A stretch of 49,190 nt of DNA, the filler included, from Sphacelaria rigidula (Eukaryota): the NCBI GenBank assembly GCA_964200075.2. It is 3 parts of 3 records of this genome, joined end to end, with 100 filler letters (N's around TTAATTAATTAA, not from the genome) between each part and the next. Parts side by side here need not be neighbours in the genome. Positions count along the whole stretch, not along the records: positions 1 to 16,337 come from CAXNAA020001393.1; 2 more parts are not named here. One strand, given 5' to 3'. The notes under the pieces are model-generated. The model was not told where the DNA came from. It was given only the letters and a program-made list of their open reading frames with translations, and did no database searches. Both the position numbers and the translations under genes were made by a program. Positions 1-13,800 of the stretch are shown here, one piece after another (the stretch's first letter is position 1; each line of letters starts with the position of its first letter).

Positions 1-119
1 GGAAAACGTTCTGTAAGATTCTGAACGATAGAGTAGGAACGATGCTAGAAAAGGAAGACAAAATCAGCGAGGCACGATATTTGACGTTATCTACAAGCTT
101 TCTTTTCTCACTGCTCAAC

Positions 120-500
120 GGTTCGCACACTACCAGCAGACGCCTTGGCGCGCTGGGGGCCTCGTCTGCGTGCCATCTCGGACACTGCGCGCCTACAGTA
201 CTACATGCCAGTGTTGTACAAGCACAACTTTGAGCGGCACCACCAATTGATTCGATTTCAGCCGGCTTTCTTCACCTACTCCCACCGCACATGCGACCCT
301 CACCTCTCTGCACACTTCGCAGCTGACTACAATTTGTAGTCCGCTTGATGGGACCTTGTCGAATCGCAGAGCTACGTGGATTGAAAGACGCGCGTTGATC
401 TGCAGATTACCACGATGTGTCATAGTAGGCACAACTCGCGATACTTCGGCACCTGAAACGGGCTGAAGTAAAGTGGGCTTCTTGGGCGACCCAGCTTGTA
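120..500. repeat. Diverged copy of the internal segment 20075-20420, ending in a TIR-like CCCAGCTTG|TA
   Basis: Shared blocks such as CAGACGCCTTGGCGCGCTGGG, ATCGCAG.GCTA, GATTACCACGAT.TGTCAT and GCGATAC.TCG in the same order. Confidence 0.75.
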
Positions 501-1114
501 ATGGGAAAGTTTCAGACGCCCCTTTTTCTTTCTCTTTCTACACCACCGGGAAAATTCATCGCGTGAAATAGATCAATATTGTATAGCAGTCTTCCCCCGT
601 GATGTGTATGAACATGGAGCATTCGAAGAATATTTTTTTGACGGAAAATAATGTCATTCGGTCGTCGTCTGAGACGGCAGAAACAGAATTGCAAGGTAAC
701 CTACAAACGTTGTCGATCTGGTGTTACAGAGTACCGAGGAAAGGGCTGTGTCTGTGTCCGAGCAAAAGTTTTGGGCGAGCATGAGGAGACGATGCAGTTC
801 TAGACGGGAACTGGATCTTTTTCTCCCAGTATGTCCAAAAGTGGGGAATGCCTATTTCGTAGGGAAACGAAATTCAAATCGACTAACGATGAGAAGACAT
901 GGAGGCGGGCTCTTTTCCGTACAGGGCCAAAACCCTATTTTCACATGCAATTTTTTTCTTGTCTGTTTGAATTGTACGTGAGTATGCCGAGACTCACGCT
1001 GTCTGTACACAGTGTGCTTCTGATCCACCCCTATGAAAACACGAGCGATATTTGGTTCTCTTTCCTTTTCTCTTCTTTTTGTTCTCGGGGTGGGGGACTG
1101 GACGGGTCGGGCAG

Positions 1115-4100
1115 GATTCGATTGAGCTGCACGACGCGAAGAAAACATACGACAGGGTGTTCGACCCGTCCGCCACGCAGCAAGAGGTCTTCCACTACGT
1201 TGCAAAGCCTCTCGTCAAAGGTGAGGGTTATTCGCGTTTCACGGTCGATAACATCAACACCTCCTCTCCCCCACCCCCGCCCGCCTGCCCGCCTGCGCGC
1301 ACGTGCGCGTTTGTTCAAGGAGGATTTGATGTATTTGGTCATCCTCCAGAAATTAAAACCGGTGTGGACCCATGAGCATATCCGCGAACTCGAGCGTGAA
1401 ACGTATTCCTCGCTTCGTGTTCAAGCCATACTCGTCTTTGCAATTGATGTCGCATACTATGTGTTATACCCGATAATGCATCAAAATATCACCCCATGTG
1501 TCGGAGATCCTTGGTCCGTGAGGTTTGCTAATTGGCTTGGAGCCTTCGAATTCGGGGGGGGCGATGTTTCCTCTGAAATCACTATATAAAGGAGGCGTCT
1601 TTGTGTATACCACGTAGGCCGTCATACCTTACGGTAGAACCGTAATGAGCGTCCAAATGTTGGCGGCGTCTCTATTAGGAGTAGGAACGGCGCCTCGTCT
1701 CGAAAGAGATCTGTGGGAAATGGTCAAATGACTCGGGCAAACAACAAATGAGGACGCCCCCTCCCCTCCTCGCTCTCTCTCTCTCTCGAAATTTCGTGTT
1801 GCAAAGGTCACCACCCGGGGGTTGCGTATACTTTGTTTGACTTTATAGCTAGTGATGACATCCTTCCGCCTATATCACGGTTTTCAAGGTCGATTGCCTG
1901 TCAACGGAAGTACCCTCCAGTGCAAAGCGATCCTGCGCAGCAACAGATCTCGACGCAATATTTTCCGTGAAGAGTTAGCTTTCGGTGCTACTGAATATAT
2001 TAGCACCGTGCAGTGTGTAACAGTAGAGTGTGACACTCGCAGTACGGGAAAGTTCATCTCTGGAAATGTTGTTCAGGGAGTTATATTCAGCGCACGATAC
2101 CGGTCTGAATCATCGGGTGAATATGGTGTAACCGACACTAAGTTTTCTTCTTCAAGCTAGCTTTTTAGATAAATGGTATTATGACTGTGGGTCTGGTTAT
2201 GTCGAATATGAATTAAAAAAAATGTTCTTACGCGGTACCGCCTTTTCCCCCGCCGGTTGCCTGTTTTCGCTTCTTTTTTTCTTGTCCATGTTCCGCTGTG
2301 GTGGGATGACACCGGCGTGTGACTGCTTCTCCCGGCCAATCGATGTGTTGCGTATTATTCGCCAAATGGAAGAGCTGTTCAATGGATACAACGGAACAAT
2401 CTTCGCGTATGGGCAGGTAACATGATCGCGTACATCCTAACGTTTTGAACAAGCTTGTTGAGATATCGACCCTAGCACCGCGCACTACTTTGTCTTTTGC
2501 TGTAGAAGATATGCATGGTCTCCGCCCCCTCCCCCGGTGATCTAAATTCAAATGGTACAACTGACACCATTGAGGCGAGAGTAAACGCCGGTCCAATTCC
2601 CGCCAGATGCATATAGTTCGGTATCTAGTCTACTCACTGTCGTTGAAAGCATGAGGACGTGGGTAGAAAATAGAGTCTGTGCTGTTGGCTGAGTTTGTTG
2701 GACGACAAGTCAAGGCGGTGCGCGGGAGGAAGTGAAGTGTACAGGGCGCGTTAAATTGTCAGGGTTGTGTTCTGCACGGATATACCGGGTAAGAGAAGGG
2801 TATTAACAGAGGTACAAAGGGAGGTGTTTCATCGGCAAATACCCTTCCGAATCATTACCATGCGGGATTGTTGGGAACAAGGCTCGATGCCCTGCAGAAC
2901 CATACCGGAATGTTCGGTACACATCTAGGTATGATGTTTTATGACATGCCAACCAGGAATCCCTCACTTCCGGCTATAAAAATCAAGTGAAAATACCTCA
3001 AATATATATGTATGTGAATATATGTGAATATGTACGACCGTGCGACTGAACACCATTGGACGCAACATATTCGAAGGGGGGAAAAGTTTGTGATATATCT
3101 GTCGGTCAAGAAGCTAACCCATTGGGCGCCAAACACGGCCTTGTTCATCTTTCCACGTCACCTAAGTTATCTGAATTTCGACATCGATCTCTAAACCGCG
3201 GACCCCCGTTCGCTTCGGCCCTTCACATTCGAGCTGGACCGACCTAGTTTTTCCTTCTTTTTTTCCTCAGTATCCCGTACTGTATTTCGCGTCGTGACAC
3301 AATGTGTCAAAATTTCAGCGTCTAAACTCATCAGATTCGGGCTGTGTCTTAGCACACCTTTTGTCGATCGAAAAAGTGCGGTGGCAAACAAAAACTCCGA
3401 TCTGACAGGCCCTGATTTCAACCATCTTCAAAATTAACGACGGTGGTTTAAATTACGACCCATCAGATCGGGAGTTATTTTGTTTTCCACCGCATTTTCT
3501 CGATCGAAAAGTAATGTGCCAAGACGCGCCCTCAGCCCCGGGTCGCCTGTCTATCTTCCGGGGAAGAAAAAAAAATGTTGGCCAACCCAGCTCGTATAGC
3601 GGTAAAAGTACGTCAATTCTTCCGAACCCTTTCCACTTCTGTTCTTCTGGCCGGGGGGGGGGGGGGTTCCTCCGCAGACGTCAAGCGGAAAGACTCACAC
3701 AATGGAAGGACCTTCGATTCATGACCCCGACCTGGCCGGTGTGATTCCTCGCACTGTACGGGAGATCTTCGAGTGTGTAACGGAGGCGTCGGACAGCGTG
3801 GAATTCGTCATAAAGGTGACAATCGTGTAACCGTTTTGTTTTTCGATGCTGTCACAGGAAGCGTGATTCATTTCTCTGTTGTGATAACATTGCTGCTTTT
3901 TTTGGCTTCGTCCCAGTTTTTTGTGTCGTCGCTGGGTCCCCTTCCCCTTTTTTCCGGTAAAGATTGGAAATCGTGGTCAATTCGAAAAGTGTATCGTAGG
4001 AAGGAATGTTCCCATTCCGTCGTTTCGCGTTTTCCGGGCACCCCAATGTCTCACCGTACGGCTGAAAAAAGTGTTTTCTTGACGGACACTTGTGAGAATT

Positions 4101-4828
4101 TGTACTTCTCATGTCGTGGTTCCCACGTCACCCTCCCCCTTTCATGACAGTAGATCTTACGAAATGCACGTGAATGATGGTTGTTGCTTGATTTTTCTTC
4201 ATTTCAGACTGAACAAAGTTCTGAGAAAGTTCATGGTCTGGGGCAGATGAGCAGTGGTGAGCAGTAGACCCAGCTCGTCCAGAACGTGTTTTGGTCCAAG
4301 ATCGGCTGAAAGGCGTCGGTTTGAGCTCTGGCAACGCACACTGTCTAGGGTACACTTGCACGCCCCTTGCGCAAGGGTTCTCGGTATGCCTTGGTCCGGT
4401 TAGGGTTACGGTTGGCGGCATCTCTAGTATCAACCATTATTTACGTGCATTTCCTCAGGTCCCCGCTTTCGTGAAGGTCTTGGAGGTTTTGTAAGAATAA
4501 ATATTTCACGCCGGCCAGCGGTTGCAATTTTGCATTTTAATTCAGATATCTTTTACGTGTGTTGGGACATCGAACCAACTATCGTTGTAGGAGATCTTCC
4601 GTGAGTTTGAACACTGCTTCAGAGAGTATCCACCATTTATTTTGGCCCCCAGCATGTTGGTGGGAGCCGGGATTTGAAGGCGGGACCTTGTAAATGTGAA
4701 GCGTACGAGCTATTTCGTGATATCGCCAGAATGAAAAGGTGATTCCGTGACGGACACTCGTGGGAATATGTCCCTTCTAGATGGTGATTCCCGCATACTT
4801 ACCCATATCCACCGTCGGAAATAACGTG

Positions 4829-4892
<64 letters not shown>

Positions 4893-7800
4893 CACCAATT
4901 TATCTTGTTATTTTGTATTTTTTAATACATGAAGCGCTGTCCGAGATCGCTCATCACGTGTTGATCCTCAAATAGTGGCCTCTTTTTTCTTGTTCTCATG
5001 TCCCGATGTTAATTGTGCGGCAGGTTTCCTATATCGAGATCTACATGGAGAAGATTCGGGACCTGCTGGATAGCTATCAGACCAAGGTGAAAAAATTACT
5101 GTACAACCATTCATTTGCGTTTGACGTTCGAAAACGATCCCGGCTGGCTTCACCAAACCATCGCCGGAAGCAAGGTTGGGACTTACTCTCACCGCAGGCA
5201 ATGTGGATCTGCACGAAGTTGCATTTGGTCACTTTGTTAATAGGGGTAAATTTTGACCGTGATATGGTTGGCCGAGCCGAACACATCACCAATGCATGAA
5301 GCCAATTACACCTGGGAAAAACAGTCCAATGGCCTCGAACATTACCCCACCGCGTTTGATCCCTTTTGAGGGTTGGCATCGCTCGGCAACGACGCTTGAA
5401 AACACGGTACTGCACTGCGTATGCTAGGCAGCAAGATTACCGGATTTGTTTTTGTTCTCGCTATTCTTGGATTTTTTTGCAGTAAGCATCATGTCGTGAT
5501 GCTGGTCGAGTGAGATCATATTCTGCGGGGTTGAGAACTCGAACTCTGCGTAAAAGGGGTGATCGTGCTACCTAGTGTTGATACGCTAAGACACCCATGA
5601 GGCTGTGTGTAACCCGTGTCTATCTCTGGAAACCCAGGGAAGGGTTCCGAGAATGATGGTGCTGGCTTCAACCATATTCTCAGCGCTCGTATTTTTGGTT
5701 TATTGGTTAATGAATCTCTCTAGCGGGAATGAAGCCCAATAACGCCCCTCCTCAGAGGGCCGACCAAGACGATGGCCGACGTCCTTTTACGTGCAAACTG
5801 CTGCACATGTTTTCATGGATGGGTCATTCTCCACACGTGTGTCTGCATCATGGTGGTGTGTGCCTGTCTGGGTGTATTGTGATTGTCCTTGTGCTTGTGC
5901 TTGTGCTTGTGCTTGTGCTTGTGCTTGTGCTTGTGCTTGTGCTTGTGCTTGTGCTTGTGCTTGTGCTTGTGCTTGTGCTTGTGCTTGTGCCTTTGTTTTC
6001 CCAAAGGTGAACCTTCCCGTGCGGGAAGACAAGAAGAGAGGCGTTTACGTGGCGGGCGCGACGGAGGAGTATGTCACCAGCGCAGACGAGGTATGGCACC
6101 GGTCCCGCACGCGCGCGCTAGCGAAAAATTCCACGTACTTCTTCTTGTCATTTTATTATCGCACTTTAACTGACCTCCCAGGGATCCAGCCGTGGTCGCA
6201 TGATGGACGTACCCGAGACACAACAAAACTGGAACACTTGCTGGAGAAGATGTAGAACAGAACGACATGGTAGACTAAGGTGTACGAAAAAAAACGCCTT
6301 GGTATAGCGCAGAGCCTTCTCCATGTGGGCAATGTCAACTATTTAAAAACATCGTTCTATATCTCTTTTGTTCACCAGGTTCCTTTAGGAATAGTATTGC
6401 AGGCTGACAGTCGGGAGCTGGTTGGCATGGAGACCGGGCAGTCCTTTTCTTAGAGGGGCGTCGGAGAATGCTACCCTGATCAACCATGCGTGTGTGGACA
6501 GAAAATTTCTTGGACGGGCATTTCGATACGTTCGATTAGTGGAATAATTATATTATGTTCCCCTTCAAGTCGCCCAATATCGCGCACTGGGTGAGATCAG
6601 GGAATTTTCCACTACTCCCACGACCGGTGGCTTTTTGAAGTGCACGATAAAAAGGATTTTGCGACAGGTCCATGTCATCTCTATTGCGCTGTCGGGTATA
6701 GCTAGAACGCTGCACTCTGTGCTCTTGTTGTAGAACGCCGCGCAAAGCTAGGAACAGCGCAGGAGACTGTGCGGTGGAGAGCGATGCACACACATACAGC
6801 GGTTGTTTTAGCCACTGACGAACGTTTTATTCAAGGTACAGTCGCAATGGGTTACAGTCGCACATGTGGACTGATGTGACGTGTGAAGCATTGCATGCTC
6901 GAGGTATGCTAGCACACAGGCAGCATGATCTCGAAGGCACGGGCAGAAAGCTGGCTGGCGTGCATCCCTTGCTGTAATAATGAAGACTTTGACCGCTAGT
7001 GCAGGCGATCTCTTGAAACATCACCTTCATTTTTTCGAGATAGATCGCCCCGGTGGCTCAGTTGGTAACCTCGAAACCCTTTGACGGTTGTGTCGTGGGT
7101 CCGAACCTCAGTGCAGTCACACGATCTGTTTTTTTTTGTCACGCCATGCCCACCAGTCGAGAACGACAATGCCGTGGGTACACAAAATTCGACTCCATGG
7201 TCGACAAGGGAAAGGGATTGTTCAACCTCTCTCGCCATAAAAAAAAGGCAAGCACCGCAGGAGAAGGGTGGAGAACTAAAACTAAAACAAAGAAGAAAAT
7301 CTCGTGTGATGGTCTTTTTCCTGTGTGACCCCGGCTGATGCACACAATGATGCCGATCCAAGAGATCGTCTGCCCTGATGGTCAAATGGTTGAATCTCGC
7401 ACTCTACTGAAGTGGCTCGGCGGAAATGCGATTGTACCCGACTTGGCTCAAAGTCGGTCAGGGATGTTTCCTCCTCTGGATTTTTTTTTTGAAAAGTTCG
7501 GATTTGCTTGTTGGTGTAAACAGGCGCGCTGTTTCGCTTGAAGAACAATATTTCGGAAGCCAAATAGAGTAAAGGGCGATTCCAGACGAGGTTGGGGGAA
7601 TGCGGAGATGGCCGTCAGGAATTTAACCCTTCGACACCCTGGACAAAAGATTCTATTGTACAAAAAATGTACTGAGTACAGTATGGAATCTAGTGTCTAT
7701 TACATTAGGCGCAATAGTCGATACTGTACGCAGTACAATTTTTGGCTGTATATTATATTGTCCATGGTGTGAACCCTTCGAGCTCCGGCAGATTCACAGC

Positions 7801-10800
7801 CATATCTGGCCATACGACGAAATAGTACATTTTCCCTCACAGCGTGTGCGATAGCGACGGCGATATGATGAGTGCAGCTTGACCCTTTGACGGAGAGCGA
7901 TGGCCCATTTGTGAATTGGCATCACTCCCACCTGAAAAGGAAATAAAAATGATGCCGATTCAAAAATGGACCGCTGCTCGTAGTGGAAAGGGTTAATTAA
8001 CCCTTAGACCACGGTGCGAGTAGTCCATCTTGATCACGCATACTTTTTTCAAGTGAAAATTGATGCCAATTCAGCAGGTGACCTACCCTCGCGTTGTACG
8101 GTAAGGGTTAACCAGGCCGTTTTCATCCCTCACGGGAGAAGGGGCACGTGATGCACGGGAGAAGAGTGAAGAGGAGCCAGGAGACAAACGATCGTCTCGT
8201 GGGAAAGGGCGGTGATGATCTCAGAATATCGCATGCAACACATTGTAGTACCCGCGGGTGACAATATTTTGATGCCTGATGAGAACCACCTGGAGACTGA
8301 TATTCAGGAGGTGATGAAAAACGTCCGCGGTGATTCGTTGGAGGTTCCCGGGATGATGCCAGAACAAGAACAGAAACGTCATCACCCGGGCATGCCACTA
8401 AGGAGGTGTTATTCAGCGTAACCGCGGTATGCTGTGTCTCGTCAGTCTGGTGTTTGTTTCTCTTTCGTCTTGATTTTTTTTTCTCGAGTTGCCGTTACAG
8501 GCTGATTGGAGCAAGAAACCACCCGCGTACGTAGTCGAAAGTCATTTCCCACGCCGTTGTCGAGAGTCACGAAATGAAATTTCATGTGCGTGTTTCTGAA
8601 GGGAGACCCAAGGTCGACCATATCTTGCAGTCCAGAACTTCGCCCGGTTTATGACCGATTTCTTGGGGTCCTCGGCCGACATGGGGCAGGCGCAAAAATG
8701 AAGAAAAAAACGAGTGGAATCCGGACATACCAGACACCGACGACCTTGAGCGTTTCGTGAGGAACACGCATATGAAGATGTAATTTTCCAAACTCTCGAC
8801 GACGGTGTGAGAAGTGGAGCAAAAATGTGAAAATGTTCCGAAAATGTGTTGCGGACTGATTCACGAGGACCGAGAACCCTTTAAATCACATACTCTGATA
8901 ACTTGTTCCTAGAGTCAAGACCGATGTCTTCAGTGTTCGACACCGTATAATCAAACTATTTTACCAGGTTCCACTATCTTTCAGGGGTCCCCGGTTAGTT
9001 CAGGTGGTCGGGGGCACCTCTAGAAAACAGTAAAATCGAGTCAAGGGGAAAAACATGACTTCATTGCAATCAACGCACTGGTGAGCTCGGCCGTCGGTCA
9101 GGAACGTGTGTGCGAAATATGTTTTCCTCATTTCAACAACCTGTGGAGGTCGTGTGACTCCCGGTGACGGTAGCAGCCGTCGAAGGTGGCCGATGATTTT
9201 CCTCGTGTTGTGTACTCAGGGATCGACCGTAAGTTGGGGGGTTAGGCAGGTAAATCAATCGGGAGAGCTCGACGATCGCGAGCGAGTTATCCAGAAGTAA
9301 TCCCCACGGTTAGCCAGCAGTTCGCTGGAAAGATCCCTGTTATCTTGGGGTCCCAGATCCGGCTGCGCATATCTGGGAGTTTCGGGGCTTCCGGGAAGTA
9401 CCCCTGCAACAGCCGTTCACTACGTTACACGTCATGAAAAGAAGTCTCCGCGCACATGCCAAAATGACGATCTCCACAAACCCACCCCAGGAAATGTAGC
9501 AAACGTAGAATTGCTCCAATTATGTTGGCGTATGATGGCAGGAATTCCGCCGGAAGGGGTGAAATCGAGTGAAGGGGAGAAATATTCGTGCTTTCTCACC
9601 TCGGGACTCGTTCAGGAACACGTGAGCACAATGTCAGTGTCTTTCACTTAGAAAGCGGCCCGAAGATTCGAGCAAGCGTGAAAATATTTCGCGGATGTTT
9701 TGGCATGTAATGAGCAGGGACCCCCAACAACAACCCGGTGAAACCAGTCGAACGAAGGAACACCCAATCATAGGCGGCGTTGAACACCATTTAGCAATAT
9801 CTACGTGAATCGTTTTTTTGCTGAAGTAATGCAAACGGCCTGGGGAACGGACCGAGCGGGAAAGTGTTGCGCGATTGTAAGAGGGTATGCAGTGAGGTTG
9901 GCGGAGGCGAAAATTGCGTTCCTCCGGCTTCGAGTGATACCAAACTGTATACTGTAGATGACTCGAACTCTTTTGGCCAGTCTCGAGAGCGTTTATCTCA
10001 ACATTGGTGTAGTCTGCGAATCGCCCTCCGCCCTGACCGCGGCCTTGTGGGCTGGATGCGCTAGGCTGTTGATCGTGCACGTGGACAACCAGGGTAGTCC
10101 ATCTGGATCGTGGATACTCTTTTCAGTGAAATCAAAGATAATTCAAGTACACAGCTATGTGGCGCATCTACAAAAACACGACCTCCGAAAACCAATAACG
10201 CCGCTGTTTTCGGAGATTCCACCTATCTTAATTCCCACAGTGTGCTCCTTGAGGCCACCTGTTTGGCATGCCCCTAGTAGCACCCCACAATGGCCGGGCG
10301 GTGGGAAGGAAGCCATGTCACTTTGCTCCTCACGTTTACGACTGACTAAGGAATATTTACCGACTTGGTTTGTCTGGATCTACTTTCTTTGCGTGAAGAA
10401 AGACACTGTCCGAGTAAAGTTGGGTGTTTTCTGGCTAAGGGGCGTTATTAACGAGACTTTCGGTTTACAGACTTTCTCGACTTTTTCGGAAAAATTGAAA
10501 GTTTTTTTCCTACCCCCCCTTGAGAAGAAAAAAAAAAACGCTGGAGGATAAAAATCGATGGATCTTCGGATGAAGCTGTGGTAACAGTCTTGGATTCATC
10601 TTATGCCTGACCTGGAGAGTTTTTTTTTTCCCATTTTTTGGGAAGAAATCCACCGTTCGAACGAATGAAATCGTGATCCAACTCATGTTGATCATCTGAA
10701 CGAATCAGTCATGCGATTCGTTCATCATTTATGATTCGTACATGTTTGAGAGTGGTGATTCGTGCGAGACACCGCCGAACGTACATGCTTCCTACCTTCC

Positions 10801-13800
10801 TTTTATACGCCGTCAATCATGGGCACACATTTATCCCCATGAGTTCATGTGGGATGAATCGTGAGACATTATACCCGCGCCTTGTTTCGTGCGGGATTAA
10901 TCATGTGTAGATGTTGCCCACCCTTTGGATATGCGGGATGAATCGTACGTACATGTTTCCCACCACACACTTGTTTAACAGTTGTAATCGTCCACGGTTC
11001 GGACGAGTCATCGCCGTTTCGAATCACCAAATTCACGATTCTCCCGGCCTGGTTGCTTGAAGGAGAAGAACAAGTTTACCGCTGATGAAAAAAGTCTCCA
11101 CGCAATTTTGCGCCGTTCTAAGTGCCTGGGCTGCGCGTACCTGGGTTGCAACGCTGAAAACAAGGCCTAAGGATTGATTCATACGGTACGAATCAATCAC
11201 ACTGAGATCAAGTAATTTCGAGACGAATCATGGATTCGTTTGCCCCTTGCAATCGTCGGTACACGTTCTTCACCCGTCAGTTCATACGACTTGAATCGCA
11301 TGTACATATCTTCCACGTGTTATTCGTGCGAGATGAATAAACCATACATTTTACCCATTCTTCAGTTCATTCGGGATCAAAGATGGACACATTTTCCCCA
11401 CTATTCATTTGTACGGTATCAATCGTGAGTACATGTTTTTGCCACCTGTCATTTCATACGGCGAGAATCTCATCTACATCTTTCCCATCCATATTTCGCG
11501 TGAGATGATCGAACTGTACATGTTTTCCACCTCCCATTTATACCGGATAAATCATGGGTACTACATGTTCCTCACCCTCGAGTTCATGCGGAATTGATAT
11601 TGAGTATGTGTTTCCCGCAAGTGATTCGTACATGGACCATGATCCAATCGTGTTTGCCAATCCTGATTCGAGTTACACAACCGGGAGCGTGCTCATTCCC
11701 AGCCCATGATTCGTGCGGTATGACCTTGAATATATAACTCCACCATCCATGATTCGTACCGAATGACTGTTTGCCTTATGATTCGCACTCAACTCTCATG
11801 AGGAGTCAACTCGTATGAAGTCCGATTCGTTCGAACCGTGGAAAAGTCGAAACTGTCCGAAAAAAAATTAGATATCGTCTGGAACACATGTTCCGTTAAC
11901 CCTTTTGAGAGCGGACCCCCACATCAACGAAGGATTAACACCTTGTTTGCATGGGGGGGCCTTTTGTGAACGGGCATCATTTTCTGTCGCTTTTCAAGTG
12001 AAAATGATGCCCGTTCACGAAAGGTCCGCGCCCTCAGTTTGTCCACCCCGGTCTCACAAGGGTTAATAACGCCCCTAACCAGTCCGGAGTTATTTGCTCC
12101 CGTCCAACCTTGCAAGAGTATGATTGTCTTGCGACCACGACTGCATTCGTCGGCGAGCAGTCAGTGTTGTACGATCAACCAATCCGTAAATCCATCAATG
12201 GAGAGGGCGCAGTGGTGCAATGATTCACGTCGAGCCATCCCCGTCCTCGTCCCCTTTCCTCTCTTTTTTGCCAGTTGATCGCCGTGATGGCGGCCGGAGC
12301 GAAGAACCGAGTGACCGCTGCAACGGGCATGAATCAGGGTTCTTCCCGCTCTCATAGCGTCTTCATCATTTCCCTTCAGCAGGTGACTGACTACTGGGGT
12401 TACAGAAACACGGAACGATCTCGTGTGTGTGTGTGTGTGTGTATTCCGGTTGCTGTCCAGGTGGGGTACTTTCTTTTGTCAAGCCGAGTCATGCCCACGA
12501 GACATGTGATCAGATATTCTCCGTAGATCCTGCGGTCACGCAGGCTGTTCACTAAAGAACTCCAAGAGAGGAATGCCGTATGCTGGCTAACTGGCTTTTA
12601 GCAACAGTAGGCACCGTGCCCTTGACGGCGGCGGTAGTCGTACCAGCACGAGCGCTCACTCAACTCTCAGGTGTCTCGTTGCTTCGACGGTCTAGCTCTA
12701 TTTTATTCAATGGACTCCGCCGTAAAGGGTACGGTGCTTATTATTGCTGAAGGCCAGTGAGCCAGGATACGGCAAACCTCTGTTGGCTTTTTTTCGTAAA
12801 CGGCCTGTGTGACCGTCGGATCTATCTTCGATCACACATGACAATGTTTTCGTGAGATTAAGAAGCCAGCTTTGATTCAGGGTGGGTTGTGTTGTTTGCT
12901 CTAACTTAACCACTTTTTCATTTGTGTGTGTGCTTTTCTTCGCCTCTAACACTATCGTGTGCTTATAGCTACACGTGAGCGTCCTGATCAGGGATATCAG
13001 AGGCTTCAGTGGCAAGCTACTGGAGAACGCGTATCGGGCCTCATATAAGGCCCGGAGAGGCATTTCAGAATCGTTCCTCACTCTCAATCTCACGAACACA
13101 TGTTCTATATATATATCGTGTCTCTCTAATCGCGTTGTTTTGGCTGTGTCTTCTCATAATGCAAGACGCGTGTGTGGCACCCCAGTTCGGTCAGTGAGCG
13201 TGACAAAACATGCATACGTAGACGGGGTATGTTGGGGTGGACATTATATACCTTTTCGAGTCTAGCTTCCCTTAGTGTTGGTCAGTAGGAGAGAGCACGT
13301 GTACCGGCAAGGAATGTCCGCAAATATATTTACTCTCTTTTGTAGTCCGACCCCCTCAATGTATGTCGGCGGACACATTTTCAAGAACCTTGAATCAAAC
13401 TGACCCCAATATATATATATGGCATCGCGGGTTGTGTTGCGTCGGAAGTGTCACCCTCATTTGTTCTTGCCTCGGATTCAATCTGGCCTCCTGCGTTTAT
13501 GTCTGTCGCACCCGCGTGCGCGCGTGTGTGTTCTGCAGCGCGATGTTAACGACAGCAGTACCAAGACAGGGATGTTGTTTCTTGTGGACTTGGCGGGTTC
13601 GGAGATGGTGAAAAAGACACACGCCACGGGCAAGGTGAGGAAAACCCCGCAGGACGTTGGCGCAAGGACTTACGTGACTAGCACACCCTGGACAAAAAAA
13701 ATACTGTCAACAAGTGTACTGTCTACAGTATCGACTTTTGCACCTATTGCCGCAGACAATATATTACATACTGTACCCAGTACATTTTTTGACAAAATAA

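Noticed and set aside
599-981. Candidate first kinesin exon(s)
   Set aside because: Donor-like sites exist (~696, 978), but no frame gives the expected V..R.RP motif.
5729-6255. ORFs with poly-VL/CA/QA/HK/ST and poly-I/L (4710-4975) tracts
   Set aside because: These are translations of intronic microsatellites. Only 6007-6090 is exonic.
9958-10551. 197-aa ORF in the kinesin intron (likewise 831-1589 and most of 13419-14018)
   Set aside because: No domain signal. These are chance ORFs or read-through from a real exon into intron/MITE sequence.
10735-11800. CRISPR-like array
   Set aside because: Units vary along their whole length, with no identical repeats or unique spacers. There are no cas genes and the context is eukaryotic.
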